A stretch of DNA of 64,000 nucleotides. It comes from an uncultured delta proteobacterium (GTDB lineage Bacteria; Desulfobacterota; Binatia; UBA9968). The stretch is taken from assembly GCA_963840855.1 (NCBI GenBank), contig CAWJBB010000040.1, positions 32,001 through 96,000 of the forward strand, in the 5' to 3' direction. The number at the start of each line of letters is the position of its first letter. The first letter of the stretch is position 1. The position numbers and the translations under genes are program-made. Shown one piece after another: positions 22,063 to 32,241 of the stretch. Below the pieces are notes generated by a model. The model was not told the origin of the DNA. It saw only the letters and a program-made list of their open reading frames with translations, and ran no database searches.

Positions 22063-23079
22063 CTAGTTGCCTTTTGCCTTATCCCTCGGGAACAAGTCCC
22101 GCATTTCGGGAATGACCCACAATGGGGGTTGACCATTGGCCACGCGCTGAATATTCGCGTAGCCATTGTGAAACCGCTTGCGAAAACTATCGAACGTGGG
22201 GCCGGCGCTGTGTGGCGTCAAGGTAACATTGGGCAGGGTCAGGAGCGGGTTCGTTGGATCGGGCGGTTCCTTGGCCTGCGTATCGAGCCCGGCTCCCAGA
22301 ATGCGCCCCTGGCGTAGGGCGTCAATCAGCGCTTCTTCCTGCACCACCTCACCGCGACACGTATTGATCAGAATCGCCTTGGGCTGCATGCGTGTCAGGG
22401 CCTTGGCATCGATCATGTCTCGCGTGGCGTCATTGAGTGGCACATGCAAGCTCACCACATCGGCCGTTTCCAGCAGCGTCTCGAGGGGAACGTAGCGCAC
22501 GTTCAGGCGCGCTTCTTCCTCAGGACTGCGCCGGATCGGATCGTAATAAATGATGGTGACATCAAAACCCTGCAGGCGACGGGCCACCTGCTGGCCAATA
22601 TTGCCCATGCCCACCAGCCCGACGGTTTTCCCCTCCAGCTCAAGAACGTCCACGGTGCGTGGTATTCCCCGGTGCCACCGACTAGCGGCCACATTGGGAT
22701 GGAAAGTTACCAGCTTACGGTATACCGCCAGAATGAGCATTATCGTATGCTCCGCCACTGCCACTGAGTTGGCACCGCCGTTAGAACAGATGGGGATGCG
22801 TGCGGCACGGGCGCCAGCGATATTGACCCGATCATAGCCGGCACTCAGCACCTGCACCAGTCGCAGCCGCGACGCCCGGGCATAGGCCTTATCCGGCAGG
22901 AAGCGCACAAATCCCATAAGGTACTCCGCCTCCTGCATAGCGGCAGCAATGTCCTCGGCACTGGCGTCCGCTGGCAGAACATGCAACGTAAATCCCGGTG
23001 GCTTCATCGCCTGCGCCTGGGTCAGCAGGTCCGCTGGCAACTCACCCCCTTGTGTAAAGACAATTGTTTCTTGCGCCAT
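22063..23079 (-). CDS. D-2-hydroxyacid dehydrogenase
   Basis: GLVGMGNIG, SLHVPL, LINTCRG, LTPHSAG. Confidence 0.92.
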   Translation of the reverse strand: MAQETIVFTQGGELPADLLTQAQAMKPPGFTLHVLPADASAEDIAAAMQEAEYLMGFVRFLPDKAYARASRLRLVQVLSAGYDRVNIAGARAARIPICSNGGANSVAVAEHTIMLILAVYRKLVTFHPNVAASRWHRGIPRTVDVLELEGKTVGLVGMGNIGQQVARRLQGFDVTIIYYDPIRRSPEEEARLNVRYVPLETLLETADVVSLHVPLNDATRDMIDAKALTRMQPKAILINTCRGEVVQEEALIDALRQGRILGAGLDTQAKEPPDPTNPLLTLPNVTLTPHSAGPTFDSFRKRFHNGYANIQRVANGQPPLWVIPEMRDLFPRDKAKGN

Positions 23080-23135
23080 GATTGTCTCCATCCCCTTCCA
23101 ACATGCGCACCGCTTCTCATGGCAGCGGACGAACC

Positions 23136-23502
23136 TCGATCCATAACTACGGTTCGACCGTTCGAGTCCCTCACGGCCCTGAGGGAGGATCGAAGGGTAA
23201 ACTCACCGCCCCGAGGAAGATCGAGGGACAGCCTCAGCCAAAGGCTCATCCGCCTTAGGTGGAAGTTAATTTAAAAGCTTCTGTACCCTAACCCGGAGCC
23301 AATGTCGATCCTTGCTCACTCAAGCCGATTAAGTTTGACATAGGACCACCTTATCGGATACTGTTCTCCGCCCAAAACGGCCATGGGAGGGCCCGTTTGC
23401 TCTTTCCAGTAACTGCTTAGGTTTCGAGGGCTGGGCTAAGCCACTGGTAGCGGTGCAATTCATCTGCGTTCCGAACCGGCGCGTGAAAAGTAATTTTGTA
23501 TC
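23136..23502 (+). mobile_element. IS91 subtype B 3' end: last transposase codons, 3' region and oriIS-like AAAAGTAATTTTGTATC
   Basis: Repeated at 28090-28330 and 31476-31785. Terminal part repeated at 10849-10935. Confidence 0.7.
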
Positions 23503-23581
23503 ATCGATCGAGTTCGAGATCGTCCCCGTGGTCCCGTCCGCCGAAACCCGCCAAGCCATCGAGCCGCTGCTCTAGGCGCAC

Positions 23582-23722
23582 ATGAAAGCGCGCAGATCGG
23601 TCGTCCACCTCACTCACCTCGGCGCCGCCGGATGGGAGATCACCGACGGCAAGCGTGTGATTCTGCTCGATCCGTATCTCTCTCGATTGCGGATCACCGG
23701 ACAGTTTGGGACGTACACCACG
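23582..23722 (+). pseudogene. MBL-fold metallo-hydrolase N-terminal fragment, preceded by a DUF3303-like C-terminal fragment (23505-23574)
   Basis: LTHLGAAGWEITDGKRVILLDPYLSR, then an abrupt junction. Upstream IEFEIVPVVPSAETRQAIEPLL*. Confidence 0.6.
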
Positions 23723-23772
23723 ACGACGCGGGCGCGCGTGCGCGTCTCGTTCATCCGAGGATACCCGGGCGG

Positions 23773-25185
23773 CTACGTGACCCGCGCCGGCCATACCGGC
23801 GCGTGGTACCCGAGCGGCACGGTCGGTCGCGCCCAGCGCGGCGGCGTTTCGGAAAGGCGCAGAACCGGCGCGAGATGGTGCAGCCGACCGACCGGAGTAT
23901 CGCTCGCCATCGACCAGCGGTCCAGCTCCGCTGGGGTGAATTCCTTTGGCACGTCCTTCAGCTCGGCCTCCGGCACCTGGCCGCGTCCGACGAGCCAGCG
24001 TCCAGTCTGAACGAGCGAGATCCGCACAAGCCAGCTGCCGCCCTCGCGCGCGCGGCGCGCGAGCGCCACCATCGCGCCGAACGCCATCAGATAGCCGGTG
24101 AGGTAGTCGATCGCCGATACCGGATAGAACTGCGGGCCCGGCGTGGTACCGGGGAACAGCTCGCCCTGGCGGCTGGTGATACCGCTGACCGTTTGCACCA
24201 CCGTGTCGAAACCGCGCCGCGACGCCCACGGCCCGATGTGGCTGAAGGCGCACAGCGAGACGAACACGATGCCGGGCCGCAGCTTCGCAAGTGACTCGGG
24301 CGAGAACCCGCGATCGCCGAGCGTGCCCGGCCGGTAGCCCTGGGAGAACACGTCTGCCTCGCGGACCAGTCCGCGCAAGGTCTCGACGTCCTTCGGTTCG
24401 CGCAGATCTAGGTGGGCTGAGAACTTGCCATGGCCGGTGTCGTACTCCTGGTAGCCGAGATTCGGCAGGTGCTTCGCGGTGATCTTCAACACATCGGCAC
24501 CGTGCTCGGCGAGCGTGCGTGCGCAGGTCGGCCCGGCGAGGACGCGCGTGAGGTCGAGCACACGAATGCCCGACAACGGCCGATCGCCATCGGGGAGCTT
24601 TTCCGCCGGGCTGTCGCCGATCTTGATGATCTCCATCAGCGGCAGCGAGGCGATCGCGGCGGCTTGCGGATGCTTGGCCCACTCGTCCATGGTGCGCACC
24701 ATGCCGCCGGCGCCCTTCGCGGCGATGATCGCCTCCTCGAGTGCGAGCGCGTCCCACTCGGCCACTGCTTTGCGCACCGCCTCGCGATCTTCCGGCACGC
24801 CGAGCACGCTGAGCGCGGCGGCACGATGGTTCGGGAAGTTGCAGTGGAGATAGCTCCAACGGCCGTTCTTGGCGGGATAGACTCCCATCACCACGTTGCG
24901 CTCAGTCGACACGGGCGCGCCGTCCAGCTTCATGTAATGCCCACTGCGGAGCGAGGCGGTCGCTTGCCGGGTATCGACCGCGACCTCCTGTCGACGCCCG
25001 GTGCGCAATTCCCACAGCTCGGAGACGGCGAGGCCGACCGCCGCGAGCGCGGCGGCGCTGGTCTCGCCGATGCGGAACGGCGTGGGCAGGATTGGATCGG
25101 CGACTCCGGTGATTTCGACGGCGCGGGCGCGCTCGGCGTTCCACCCGGCGACGGGAAGAATCGTGCGCAGCGCAGCGTGGCTCAT
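23773..25185 (-). CDS. CoA-transferase family III (CaiB/BaiF), two-domain type
   Basis: RPLSGIRVLDLTRVLAGP..LAEHGADV, ADVFSQGYRPG, RRGFD. Start MSHAALR overlaps the upstream stop. Confidence 0.9.
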   Translation of the reverse strand: MSHAALRTILPVAGWNAERARAVEITGVADPILPTPFRIGETSAAALAAVGLAVSELWELRTGRRQEVAVDTRQATASLRSGHYMKLDGAPVSTERNVVMGVYPAKNGRWSYLHCNFPNHRAAALSVLGVPEDREAVRKAVAEWDALALEEAIIAAKGAGGMVRTMDEWAKHPQAAAIASLPLMEIIKIGDSPAEKLPDGDRPLSGIRVLDLTRVLAGPTCARTLAEHGADVLKITAKHLPNLGYQEYDTGHGKFSAHLDLREPKDVETLRGLVREADVFSQGYRPGTLGDRGFSPESLAKLRPGIVFVSLCAFSHIGPWASRRGFDTVVQTVSGITSRQGELFPGTTPGPQFYPVSAIDYLTGYLMAFGAMVALARRAREGGSWLVRISLVQTGRWLVGRGQVPEAELKDVPKEFTPAELDRWSMASDTPVGRLHHLAPVLRLSETPPRWARPTVPLGYHAPVWPARVT

Positions 25186-26336
25186 GGCTTCTCCTCGAAC
25201 AACGCGAGATCGATCGCGTCGCCCATCGCGCGATAGCCGAGGTCGCTCGGGTGAAGGTGATCGCCGCAATCGTACTTGGGCAGCATCCGGGTCGGGTGGT
25301 CCGGATCGCGCAATGCCCGATCGAAATCGACGATCGCGTCGAACGCGTCCGTCTTCCGCAGCCACTCGTTGACCTCCTGGCGAATCGCTTCGCGCTTCGG
25401 GTTCCACGCGCCGGGAAGGAACGTCTCGTTCTCGAACGGAGTGAGCGTGGCGACGATGACTTGTATTCCACGCGCGTGGCCGCGCACGGCGAATTGCTTC
25501 AGCCCCCCGATCATCTGCGGCGCGGTAACCTCTTCCTCGGGTTTGCCGTTACGGTTCCGCAGATCATTGGTGCCCAGCATGATGACGGCGTGGGTGACGC
25601 CGGGCTGCGCCAGCACGTCGCGGTCGAAACGACGCAGGCCGCTGTCGCCGCGGATATCGTGCAGGATACGGTTTCCGCCGAGCCCCTGGTTCATCACCGC
25701 CATCGGCCGTCCGCTCTGCCGTGCCATGAGCCGGCGCGCGAGCTGAGAGGGCCAGCTGTGATGACCGTCATGGGTCGAGATGTTGGCGTCGGTCAGCGAG
25801 TCGCCGACCGCGACGACGGCGCCCGTCTCTCGCGGCGCGACGACATCGATGCCGGACACGAAGTACCAATCATCCGTCAGGCGGCCGACCGGCATGATCT
25901 CTGCGGCGGAGAAATCTCCCGGCGGCGAGATGTAGTTGGTCTGTCGCGCATAACGCCCGGTGATTCCGAAGCTCGCCGGCAGATCGGCCGGCAGGTGCAC
26001 GCTGACGGCGAGGTCCGACAACGGCGCGAATGCGAGCTCGACTGGATCGCTGACGACGAGCGCGCCGACGGCGATCGTGGCGCCGGCTTCACCACCGAAC
26101 GTGATCCTCCGGCTGGAGCCGGGCACGACCGCGGGCCCCACGCTCCGCAGGCCGACGCAGGCTGCACCGATCGCCAACGGCCGCGTGCCGTACGCATTCG
26201 AGATGCGCACGCGTAGCGCGCTGCCGCCGATGCTGACGCGCGGAATCATGCGCAGCGTGTGGTTGCCGAACGCCGCGCCTTCCGCGGGCGCCGGCGCCGC
26301 AGTCCAGGTCCCGACCCAGTGCGTGTTGTCCCTCAT
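25182..26336 (-). CDS. SGNH/GDSL hydrolase
   Basis: GDSLTD, NQGLGGNR, GTND, DHLHP blocks. Confidence 0.92.
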   Translation of the reverse strand: MRDNTHWVGTWTAAPAPAEGAAFGNHTLRMIPRVSIGGSALRVRISNAYGTRPLAIGAACVGLRSVGPAVVPGSSRRITFGGEAGATIAVGALVVSDPVELAFAPLSDLAVSVHLPADLPASFGITGRYARQTNYISPPGDFSAAEIMPVGRLTDDWYFVSGIDVVAPRETGAVVAVGDSLTDANISTHDGHHSWPSQLARRLMARQSGRPMAVMNQGLGGNRILHDIRGDSGLRRFDRDVLAQPGVTHAVIMLGTNDLRNRNGKPEEEVTAPQMIGGLKQFAVRGHARGIQVIVATLTPFENETFLPGAWNPKREAIRQEVNEWLRKTDAFDAIVDFDRALRDPDHPTRMLPKYDCGDHLHPSDLGYRAMGDAIDLALFEEKP

Positions 26337-26473
26337 GGTGCCTCACTACATCGTCAGGGCTTTTTCCGTCGCATGCGCCGGGCTTCTAGTCGTTGCGCCA
26401 TCTCGGGCATGTGCAGGAGGAGCGTGTACGGCCGATGTTGGGCCGACCCGCTCGGCTCTGCATGAAGGCGTCA

Positions 26474-27256
26474 TCACTTCCCGGCGTCGGCCGCGGCCTG
26501 ACGCATCGTCTTCAGATAGGCCTCGCCGCTCTGCTGGAGCAGTCGGTTCACGCCGCTGTGGAAGTACTGCACGCCCAGTCCCAGGAACTTGGGAATGAGG
26601 TTGTCGGGGCAGCTACACCCGGCGATGCGTCCGGCGCCAGTGATGATCTTGACGCCACGCTCCATCGCCTGCTGCACGTCCGGGTGGGCCTGCTGGCCGG
26701 TGAGCCCCATCGATTGCGAAAGGTCCCCGGACCCGATGAAGTACACGTCCACCCCTGCCACCGTAACCAGATCCGGCAAGTTCTCGATGGCCTCCATTTC
26801 TTCGACCATCACGCACACGAGGGTCTGGCGGTTGGCTTCCCGGGCATAGTCCGCGGTGGCGCCCTTGAAGCCGTAGCCAGCCGGACGACCACCGCTGAAA
26901 ATTCCTCGATGACCCTCCGGGCCGTACTTCACTGCATCGACGGCGGCCCGGGCTTCGTCCGCCGTGTTGACGTGGGGAACCTGCACGCCCCAGGCGCCCC
27001 GATCCAGGAACGGGGCGATGATTTCGGGCTTGTTCCCGACCGGGCGCACGATCGGCGCCATGCCGCTCAGCTCAGCGGCGGCGATGCACGCCTCGGCGGT
27101 GTCGACCGTGATGGAACCATGCTCGTTGTCGAGCAGGATCCAGTCGAAGCCGAGGTGACCGAGCATCTCCACCACGGGCGGCGAGGGGAAGGTGCACATG
27201 ACGCCGAAGGCAGCCTTCCCGGCGTAGAGCCGTTGCTTGAGCGTGTTCTCGCGCAT
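26474..27256 (-). CDS. HpcH/HpaI aldolase family protein
   Basis: GFDWILLDNEHG, LDRGAWGVQVPHV, FIGSGDLSQSMG. Confidence 0.92.
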   Translation of the reverse strand: MRENTLKQRLYAGKAAFGVMCTFPSPPVVEMLGHLGFDWILLDNEHGSITVDTAEACIAAAELSGMAPIVRPVGNKPEIIAPFLDRGAWGVQVPHVNTADEARAAVDAVKYGPEGHRGIFSGGRPAGYGFKGATADYAREANRQTLVCVMVEEMEAIENLPDLVTVAGVDVYFIGSGDLSQSMGLTGQQAHPDVQQAMERGVKIITGAGRIAGCSCPDNLIPKFLGLGVQYFHSGVNRLLQQSGEAYLKTMRQAAADAGK

Positions 27257-27359
27257 GATCGTCTACACCCTCCTCGGGCGCTTGCCCTCCGCTAGCTCGA
27301 TCAGCGCGTCGTGGATGCGCCGGTCGATCTCGATGCCCTCACGCGCGCGGCGCGCGCGG

Positions 27360-27393
27360 TACTTCATCCGAAAAGTTTATGAAACAGACCCTC
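27360..27393 (+). mobile_element. 34-bp IS91 subtype B transposase stub (YFIRKVYETDP)
   Basis: Matches 21971-22004 (YFIRTVYEPDP) at nucleotide level. Confidence 0.65.
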
Positions 27394-27399
27394 ACTCGG

Positions 27400-27966
27400 C
27401 TACCGCGGCGGCGTCCAGTCCTTGTGGAGGACACGACGCACCATCGGTTCAAAGGTCGCCATCGGCTCGCTCGCGTAACCGGCGTCGAAGGAGACCTCGT
27501 CGTAGAGCGCACAGAATTCCGCGGTGCGTTCGAAGTGCGGGCTCCCCCGGTACTGCTCGCGCGCGTTATCATCGATCTTCAAGTGGTGCCCGTAGAAGTA
27601 CACCTGGAACACCGGATGGTGCTCGAGCATCCAGCAGTTCGCCTCCGACACAAACGGCCGCAGCACCGCGGCCACGACCTCGCCATGGTTGAACGGCCCG
27701 AGGGACTCGCCGATGTCGTGGAGCAGGGCACACACCACGTACTCCTCGTCGCGCCCGTCGCGCAGGGCGCGCGTGGCCGCTTGCAGGCTGTGCTGGAGGC
27801 GATCGACCGGATAGGCCTCGTCCGCTTTGAGATTCGTCAGGAGCCCGATGAGCAGGTCGGGGAGTTTCCGGATGTTATCCTCGTGCACGCGGGCGAGCAC
27901 CGCGAAATCCGCATCGGTCCCCTGGTCCATCCGCCGGAAGTGCATCTTGCCGATGTCACTCGCCAT
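27400..27966 (-). CDS. HD-domain phosphohydrolase
   Basis: RLQHSLQAATRA..ALLHDIG..NHG. Confidence 0.88.
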   Translation of the reverse strand: MASDIGKMHFRRMDQGTDADFAVLARVHEDNIRKLPDLLIGLLTNLKADEAYPVDRLQHSLQAATRALRDGRDEEYVVCALLHDIGESLGPFNHGEVVAAVLRPFVSEANCWMLEHHPVFQVYFYGHHLKIDDNAREQYRGSPHFERTAEFCALYDEVSFDAGYASEPMATFEPMVRRVLHKDWTPPR

Positions 27967-28069
27967 ACCGTTCTCCTTCGCGCGTCACCGCGCAACCGAA
28001 CCCAGACGTGGTACGTGGACGCAAGGATCTGCAGCCTGCCTCGACCCGGACCAGGTTGTACGATTGGCA

Positions 28070-28330
28070 CCAGTCAAAGAGATTACCTTCGATCCATCCT
28101 ACGGTTCGACCGTTCGAGTCCCTCACGGCCCTGAGGAGGATCGAAGGGTAAACTTACCGTCCCGAGGAAGATCGAGGGACAGCCTTAGCCAAAGGCTGAT
28201 CTGCCTTAGGTGGAAGTTAATTTAAAAGCTTCTGTACCCTAACTCGGAGCCAATGTCGATCCTTGCTCACGCAAGCCGTCTAAGGTTGACCTAAGATCAC
28301 CTTATCGGATACTCTCCGCCCAAAACGGCT
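28070..28330 (+). mobile_element. IS91 subtype B 3' segment, copy 2
   Basis: PVKEITFDPSY followed by about 240 bp nearly identical to 23136-23380. Confidence 0.7.
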
Positions 28331-28404
28331 CTGGCGGTTGAAATATAGATTGCTCGATAATTGACTGCTAAAGCAACAACCACCCACATCTGGAGAAAAA
28401 AACG

Positions 28405-29769
28405 ATGACGACCAGCACCACCAGCGTCACTCCCGATCTGATCCACTACATGGCGAATGCCAGCACGTCTCCTGTTCCGTCCCAGGTCTTGGTGAAAGCC
28501 AAAAACCACGTACTGGACACCATTGCCGCCATGGTCTCTGGCACCACCATCAAACCCGGCATTTTTGCGATCCGCTACATCGGGCAACAAGGAGGGAATC
28601 CCGAAGCCCAGGTGGTGGGCAGCGGGATTGTTACCTCGGCTATCAATGCCGCTCTGGCCAACGGGATGTTGGCCCACTCCGACGAGACCGACGACTCCAA
28701 TGGCTCGGCCGGGATTCATCCAGGCTGCGCCGTAATCCCCGCTGCCCTCGCGATGGCGGAGCGGGAAAACGCCAGCGGTGAGGCCTTCGTACGTGCGGTG
28801 ATTCTGGGCTACGACATCGGCTCGCGTACCACCAAGGCCCTGGGTCGGGACGCGATGCGCGCGAGAAACCACCTGCCCTTCAGCATCGGCGGCACCCTGG
28901 GCGCCACCGCGGCGGCGGGCTCGCTCGCTCGCCTCAGCAAAGAGCAGTTCCGGCATCTGCTCTCCTGCGGCGCCCAACAGGCTTCCGGAGTGATGACCTA
29001 CGCACGAGATACGGAGCATATCGAAAAGGCCTTCATCTTTGGCGGAATGCCCGCCCGCAATGGCGTGACTGCCGCCACTATGCTACAGAGCGGCTACACC
29101 GGCGTTGACGATGTCTTTGTCGGGGACGGCAATTTCCTGGCCGCCTTTGCCGACTCCGCCACGGCGCAGGAGCTGACGGCGGAGTTGGGCAGCCGCTACG
29201 AGGTCATGCTGACCAACATCAAAAAGTACTGCGTCGGGTTCCCCATCCAATCGGCTATCGAAGGGCTGCTCGGCCTCATGGCGGAGCACCAGCTCAGAGC
29301 CGACCAGGTAGAGCGCATCACCGCCCGCCTTCCCGAAAGCGGCGCTCGTACCGTAAATGACCGGGAGATGCCCGATGTCAACTTGCAATACGCGTTCGCC
29401 GTGACTCTGCTGGACGGCAAGCTTACCTTCGAGGCGGCCCATTCCTTTGAGCGCATGAAAGACCCCAGGGTGCTCGATCTGAAGAAGAAGGTCACGCTCA
29501 TTGGCGACCCGGAGTTGAGCCGCGCACGACCGGAAGGCCAGTCCATCGTCCAGGTAATCACGCGAGACGGTCGCCGGTTGGAAAAGCGGGTGACCACCTT
29601 CAAGGGCCGGTCGGAGAATCCACTGACCAGTTACGAAGTCGAGGAAAAAGCCCTGGAACTGCTGGAGCCGGTCCTTGGCCAGTCGCGCACCCGGCAGTTG
29701 ATGGACGCCGTTGGAAAGCTGGAAACCCTTGCCAGCGTGCGGGACCTCCGCCCGCTGCTGAGGGCATAG
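28405..29769 (+). CDS. MmgE/PrpD family protein
   Basis: AALANGMLAHSDETDD, HPG, GMPARNGVTA, KKYCVG, GRSENPL. Confidence 0.93.
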   Translation: MTTSTTSVTPDLIHYMANASTSPVPSQVLVKAKNHVLDTIAAMVSGTTIKPGIFAIRYIGQQGGNPEAQVVGSGIVTSAINAALANGMLAHSDETDDSNGSAGIHPGCAVIPAALAMAERENASGEAFVRAVILGYDIGSRTTKALGRDAMRARNHLPFSIGGTLGATAAAGSLARLSKEQFRHLLSCGAQQASGVMTYARDTEHIEKAFIFGGMPARNGVTAATMLQSGYTGVDDVFVGDGNFLAAFADSATAQELTAELGSRYEVMLTNIKKYCVGFPIQSAIEGLLGLMAEHQLRADQVERITARLPESGARTVNDREMPDVNLQYAFAVTLLDGKLTFEAAHSFERMKDPRVLDLKKKVTLIGDPELSRARPEGQSIVQVITRDGRRLEKRVTTFKGRSENPLTSYEVEEKALELLEPVLGQSRTRQLMDAVGKLETLASVRDLRPLLRA

Positions 29770-29822
29770 GTTCAGGTGGGTGCCGATGAGAATTCGCTCT
29801 CTTCTCGTGGCGGCCATGCTCT

Positions 29823-29839
29823 AAAAGCAAATTCCTATC
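29823..29839 (+). mobile_element. oriIS-like end AAAAGCAAATTCCTATC
   Basis: Best match to the IS91 oriIS core (AAATTCCTAT). Same motif as 10919, 23486 and 31769. Confidence 0.55.
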
Positions 29840-30089
29840 TGTCACGTTTCCATTTCTGGAATTGTCACGGCTGGGACGAGTGACGAACCACGAGGGGGGA
29901 GTGTGGAGCGATATTGGTAACCGGCTATGCCGGCGTTAGGACTCCTTCACTTTGTCACACAGGGCTCGCCCTGCTTCGTCCCCGTGTCGGCAAGTTGTCG
30001 CGAGCAAAAAGCTCGAGCTGGTGCTCTTCGGAATCATCCTTAACCGTTAGTGGCCACCGACCCGGTTCGGTGGTCCAAGTTCGACGTAG

Positions 30090-31388
30090 CTAGTCGGGCG
30101 AGGGAACGTCGCGCGGGACTTCGGCGTCGAGGCCCATCGCGCGACGGAAGGCCTGCCGGATCTCCTCCGGCTGGCCGGTCAAGAAGGGGAAGTCCTTTCG
30201 CTGGACGAGTCCCGGCGTGCGCTCGCGCCGCTTGTCGCTGTTCGCTCGGGAGTAGCCGCCGACGAAATACTCTCGGCCGATAATCGGGAGCCGCACGCAG
30301 GCGTTCTGCGCCGGATCGCGGATCACCGCCTTGGGCTCGCCGCCGCGGGCCACGAGCTCGGCCTGCTCCAGCATCCGCTTGCGCATTATGATGACGCCGC
30401 GGTCGCTCTCGCCCAGGTGCTCCTGGGTCCGGTCGGCGAGGGTACCCTGGCCCACCCAGGCGACGAAGTCCTGGTTCATTACGTGCGTGGTGATCCAGCG
30501 CCCCGTGCGTGCCTCGTTGATCGGGCTGTACCAGTACGGGATGCGGTCCTGCGTGAACGGCTCCATCTCGTTCGGCACCCGGTCGAAGAACCAGCCCACA
30601 CTCAGCATGTTCTCGTCGTCGATGGGCACCCGCCATTCGAAGTGGCCGCCGGTGAAGAGGCAGTTTGGCCACAAGCAGGTGCGCCCGACGGTCCACAGCT
30701 CGTCCGACTCTGACTGACCTTCCAGAACACGACGGTAGACGAAACCGTACTCGAACTCATCGAAGCCGATCTTCAGATGGGGCGGCGGCTTCGGCCCCTC
30801 GTCACCCTGCAAGACACGCGTCCAGTGGCTGTGCAGCCACTCGAAGTGCACAGGGTCGATCGAGTTCTCCTGGCACTGAAACCAGTTGCAGGGGACTTCC
30901 GAGAAGACGATCTGCACAAAGCCGTTGCGCCAGGTGAACGGCTCCCAGGTGGGTACGAGCGGCGCTGGCGGCGGACCCAGGTACGCCCACAGCAGGCCCG
31001 CCTTGGCCTCCACGGGATACGCCTTGATACGCACGCGGTCCTTGAAGCGAGCCTCGGGATTCGCGACCTCCTCGAAGGGCTGCTGCAAGCACTTGCCGTT
31101 GTGATCCCACACCCAGCCGTGGTAGTGGCAGCGCAGCCCGCAGCCCTCGACCCATCCATAGGATAGGTCGGCGCGGCGATGGGCGCAGTGCCGGTCTAGG
31201 AGACCATAGGTGCCGGCCTGGTCCCGATAGAGGACGAGATCCTCGCCCAGCAGACGCACGGGCTTCGTCGCCTTGTCGTCCAACTCGGCCACGGCGGCGA
31301 TTGGCATCCAGTAGCGCCGAAGCAGCTCTCCCATCGGCGTGCCGGCGCCGACCTGCGTTAACCTCAGGTTCTGTTCGTCGCTCAACAT
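30090..31388 (-). CDS. Rieske non-heme iron oxygenase alpha subunit (phthalate 4,5-dioxygenase-like)
   Basis: GTPMGELLRRYW, CAHR..CHYHGW Rieske motif, ENSIDPVHFEWLH. Confidence 0.92.
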   Translation of the reverse strand: MLSDEQNLRLTQVGAGTPMGELLRRYWMPIAAVAELDDKATKPVRLLGEDLVLYRDQAGTYGLLDRHCAHRRADLSYGWVEGCGLRCHYHGWVWDHNGKCLQQPFEEVANPEARFKDRVRIKAYPVEAKAGLLWAYLGPPPAPLVPTWEPFTWRNGFVQIVFSEVPCNWFQCQENSIDPVHFEWLHSHWTRVLQGDEGPKPPPHLKIGFDEFEYGFVYRRVLEGQSESDELWTVGRTCLWPNCLFTGGHFEWRVPIDDENMLSVGWFFDRVPNEMEPFTQDRIPYWYSPINEARTGRWITTHVMNQDFVAWVGQGTLADRTQEHLGESDRGVIIMRKRMLEQAELVARGGEPKAVIRDPAQNACVRLPIIGREYFVGGYSRANSDKRRERTPGLVQRKDFPFLTGQPEEIRQAFRRAMGLDAEVPRDVPSPD

Positions 31389-31475
31389 CGGTTCGGATCC
31401 TCAATCTCGATTTTCGAAGGTGGACGTATCCTAAGAGATTACTTTCCTGCTTGTGCGTGGTCGCACGCAGACAGG

Positions 31476-31785
31476 CGATCCATCTACGATTCGACCGTTC
31501 GAGTCCCTCACGGCCCTGAGGAGGATCGAAGGGTAAACTCACCGTACCGAGGAAGATCGAGGGACAGCAAGCTAATCTAAAAGCCTCTTAACGCAATTAA
31601 GCGGCATCTGTCCAGTCCTGTCCGCAAGCCAAGGCGAAGTTGACATAACGCCGCCGTATCGGATAGGCTCCGCCACACTAGTCCTTCATCTTTGCGCTGC
31701 ATCGGGATCTTGAACCGACTCTAGCGCAATCACGGAGGCGGTTTGTGATATCTCGACGGCTACTCTCCAAAAGCAAGTTCATATC
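31476..31785 (+). mobile_element. IS91 subtype B 3' segment, copy 3, with oriIS-like AAAAGCAAGTTCATATC
   Basis: Diverged copy of the repeat at 23136 and 28090. Confidence 0.6.
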
Positions 31786-31844
31786 ACCTAGGCTTCTCCT
31801 CTTTGAACTAAAAGCAGGAGGTTGTCATGAAAAAATCTGCGATT

Positions 31845-31992
31845 CAGAGACCCAGAGTTTTTAGCTGAGACGAAAAAGAGGGGATGGCCTGTCGGACCTG
31901 TAGCTGGTGAGGAGCTTGAATCGCTGGCCAAAGAGGTGATCGCGCAGCCGCCTGAAGTTGTCCAACGGCTCAAAAAACTCTTGGGCGAATAA
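31845..31992 (+). pseudogene. Bug/TctC binding protein C-terminal fragment
   Basis: RDPEFLAETKKRGWPVGPVAGEELESLAKEVIAQPPEVVQRLKKLLGE*, parallel to the C-terminus of 32242-33273. Confidence 0.7.
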
Positions 31993-32241
31993 CCACATAT
32001 AGAGACAAACGTGCGCCGATTCATCGGCAGTTTCCCTTTACGACATTCACCGGCTGGGCTCAGCCGTCAGGGAGTATTCCGGAGCGCGCGAATGACCTTA
32101 CCACTGGCGGTAGGGTCTAACTCGACTCGCTCCATATAGTAAAGCCGAGGCCGCTTGGTTTCGTTGTGACCTATGGTTTTCTGACTGTGACATGTTAAAG
32201 GGATTTATCGTTGCATTCATGCTTCTGACTGAGGAGGCGAT

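Noticed and set aside
1581-30937. Long antisense or alternate-frame ORFs (e.g. 1581-2675, 9018-10337, 23501-24859, 25251-26216)
   Set aside because: Shadows of GC-rich genes with clear family motifs on the other strand or frame.
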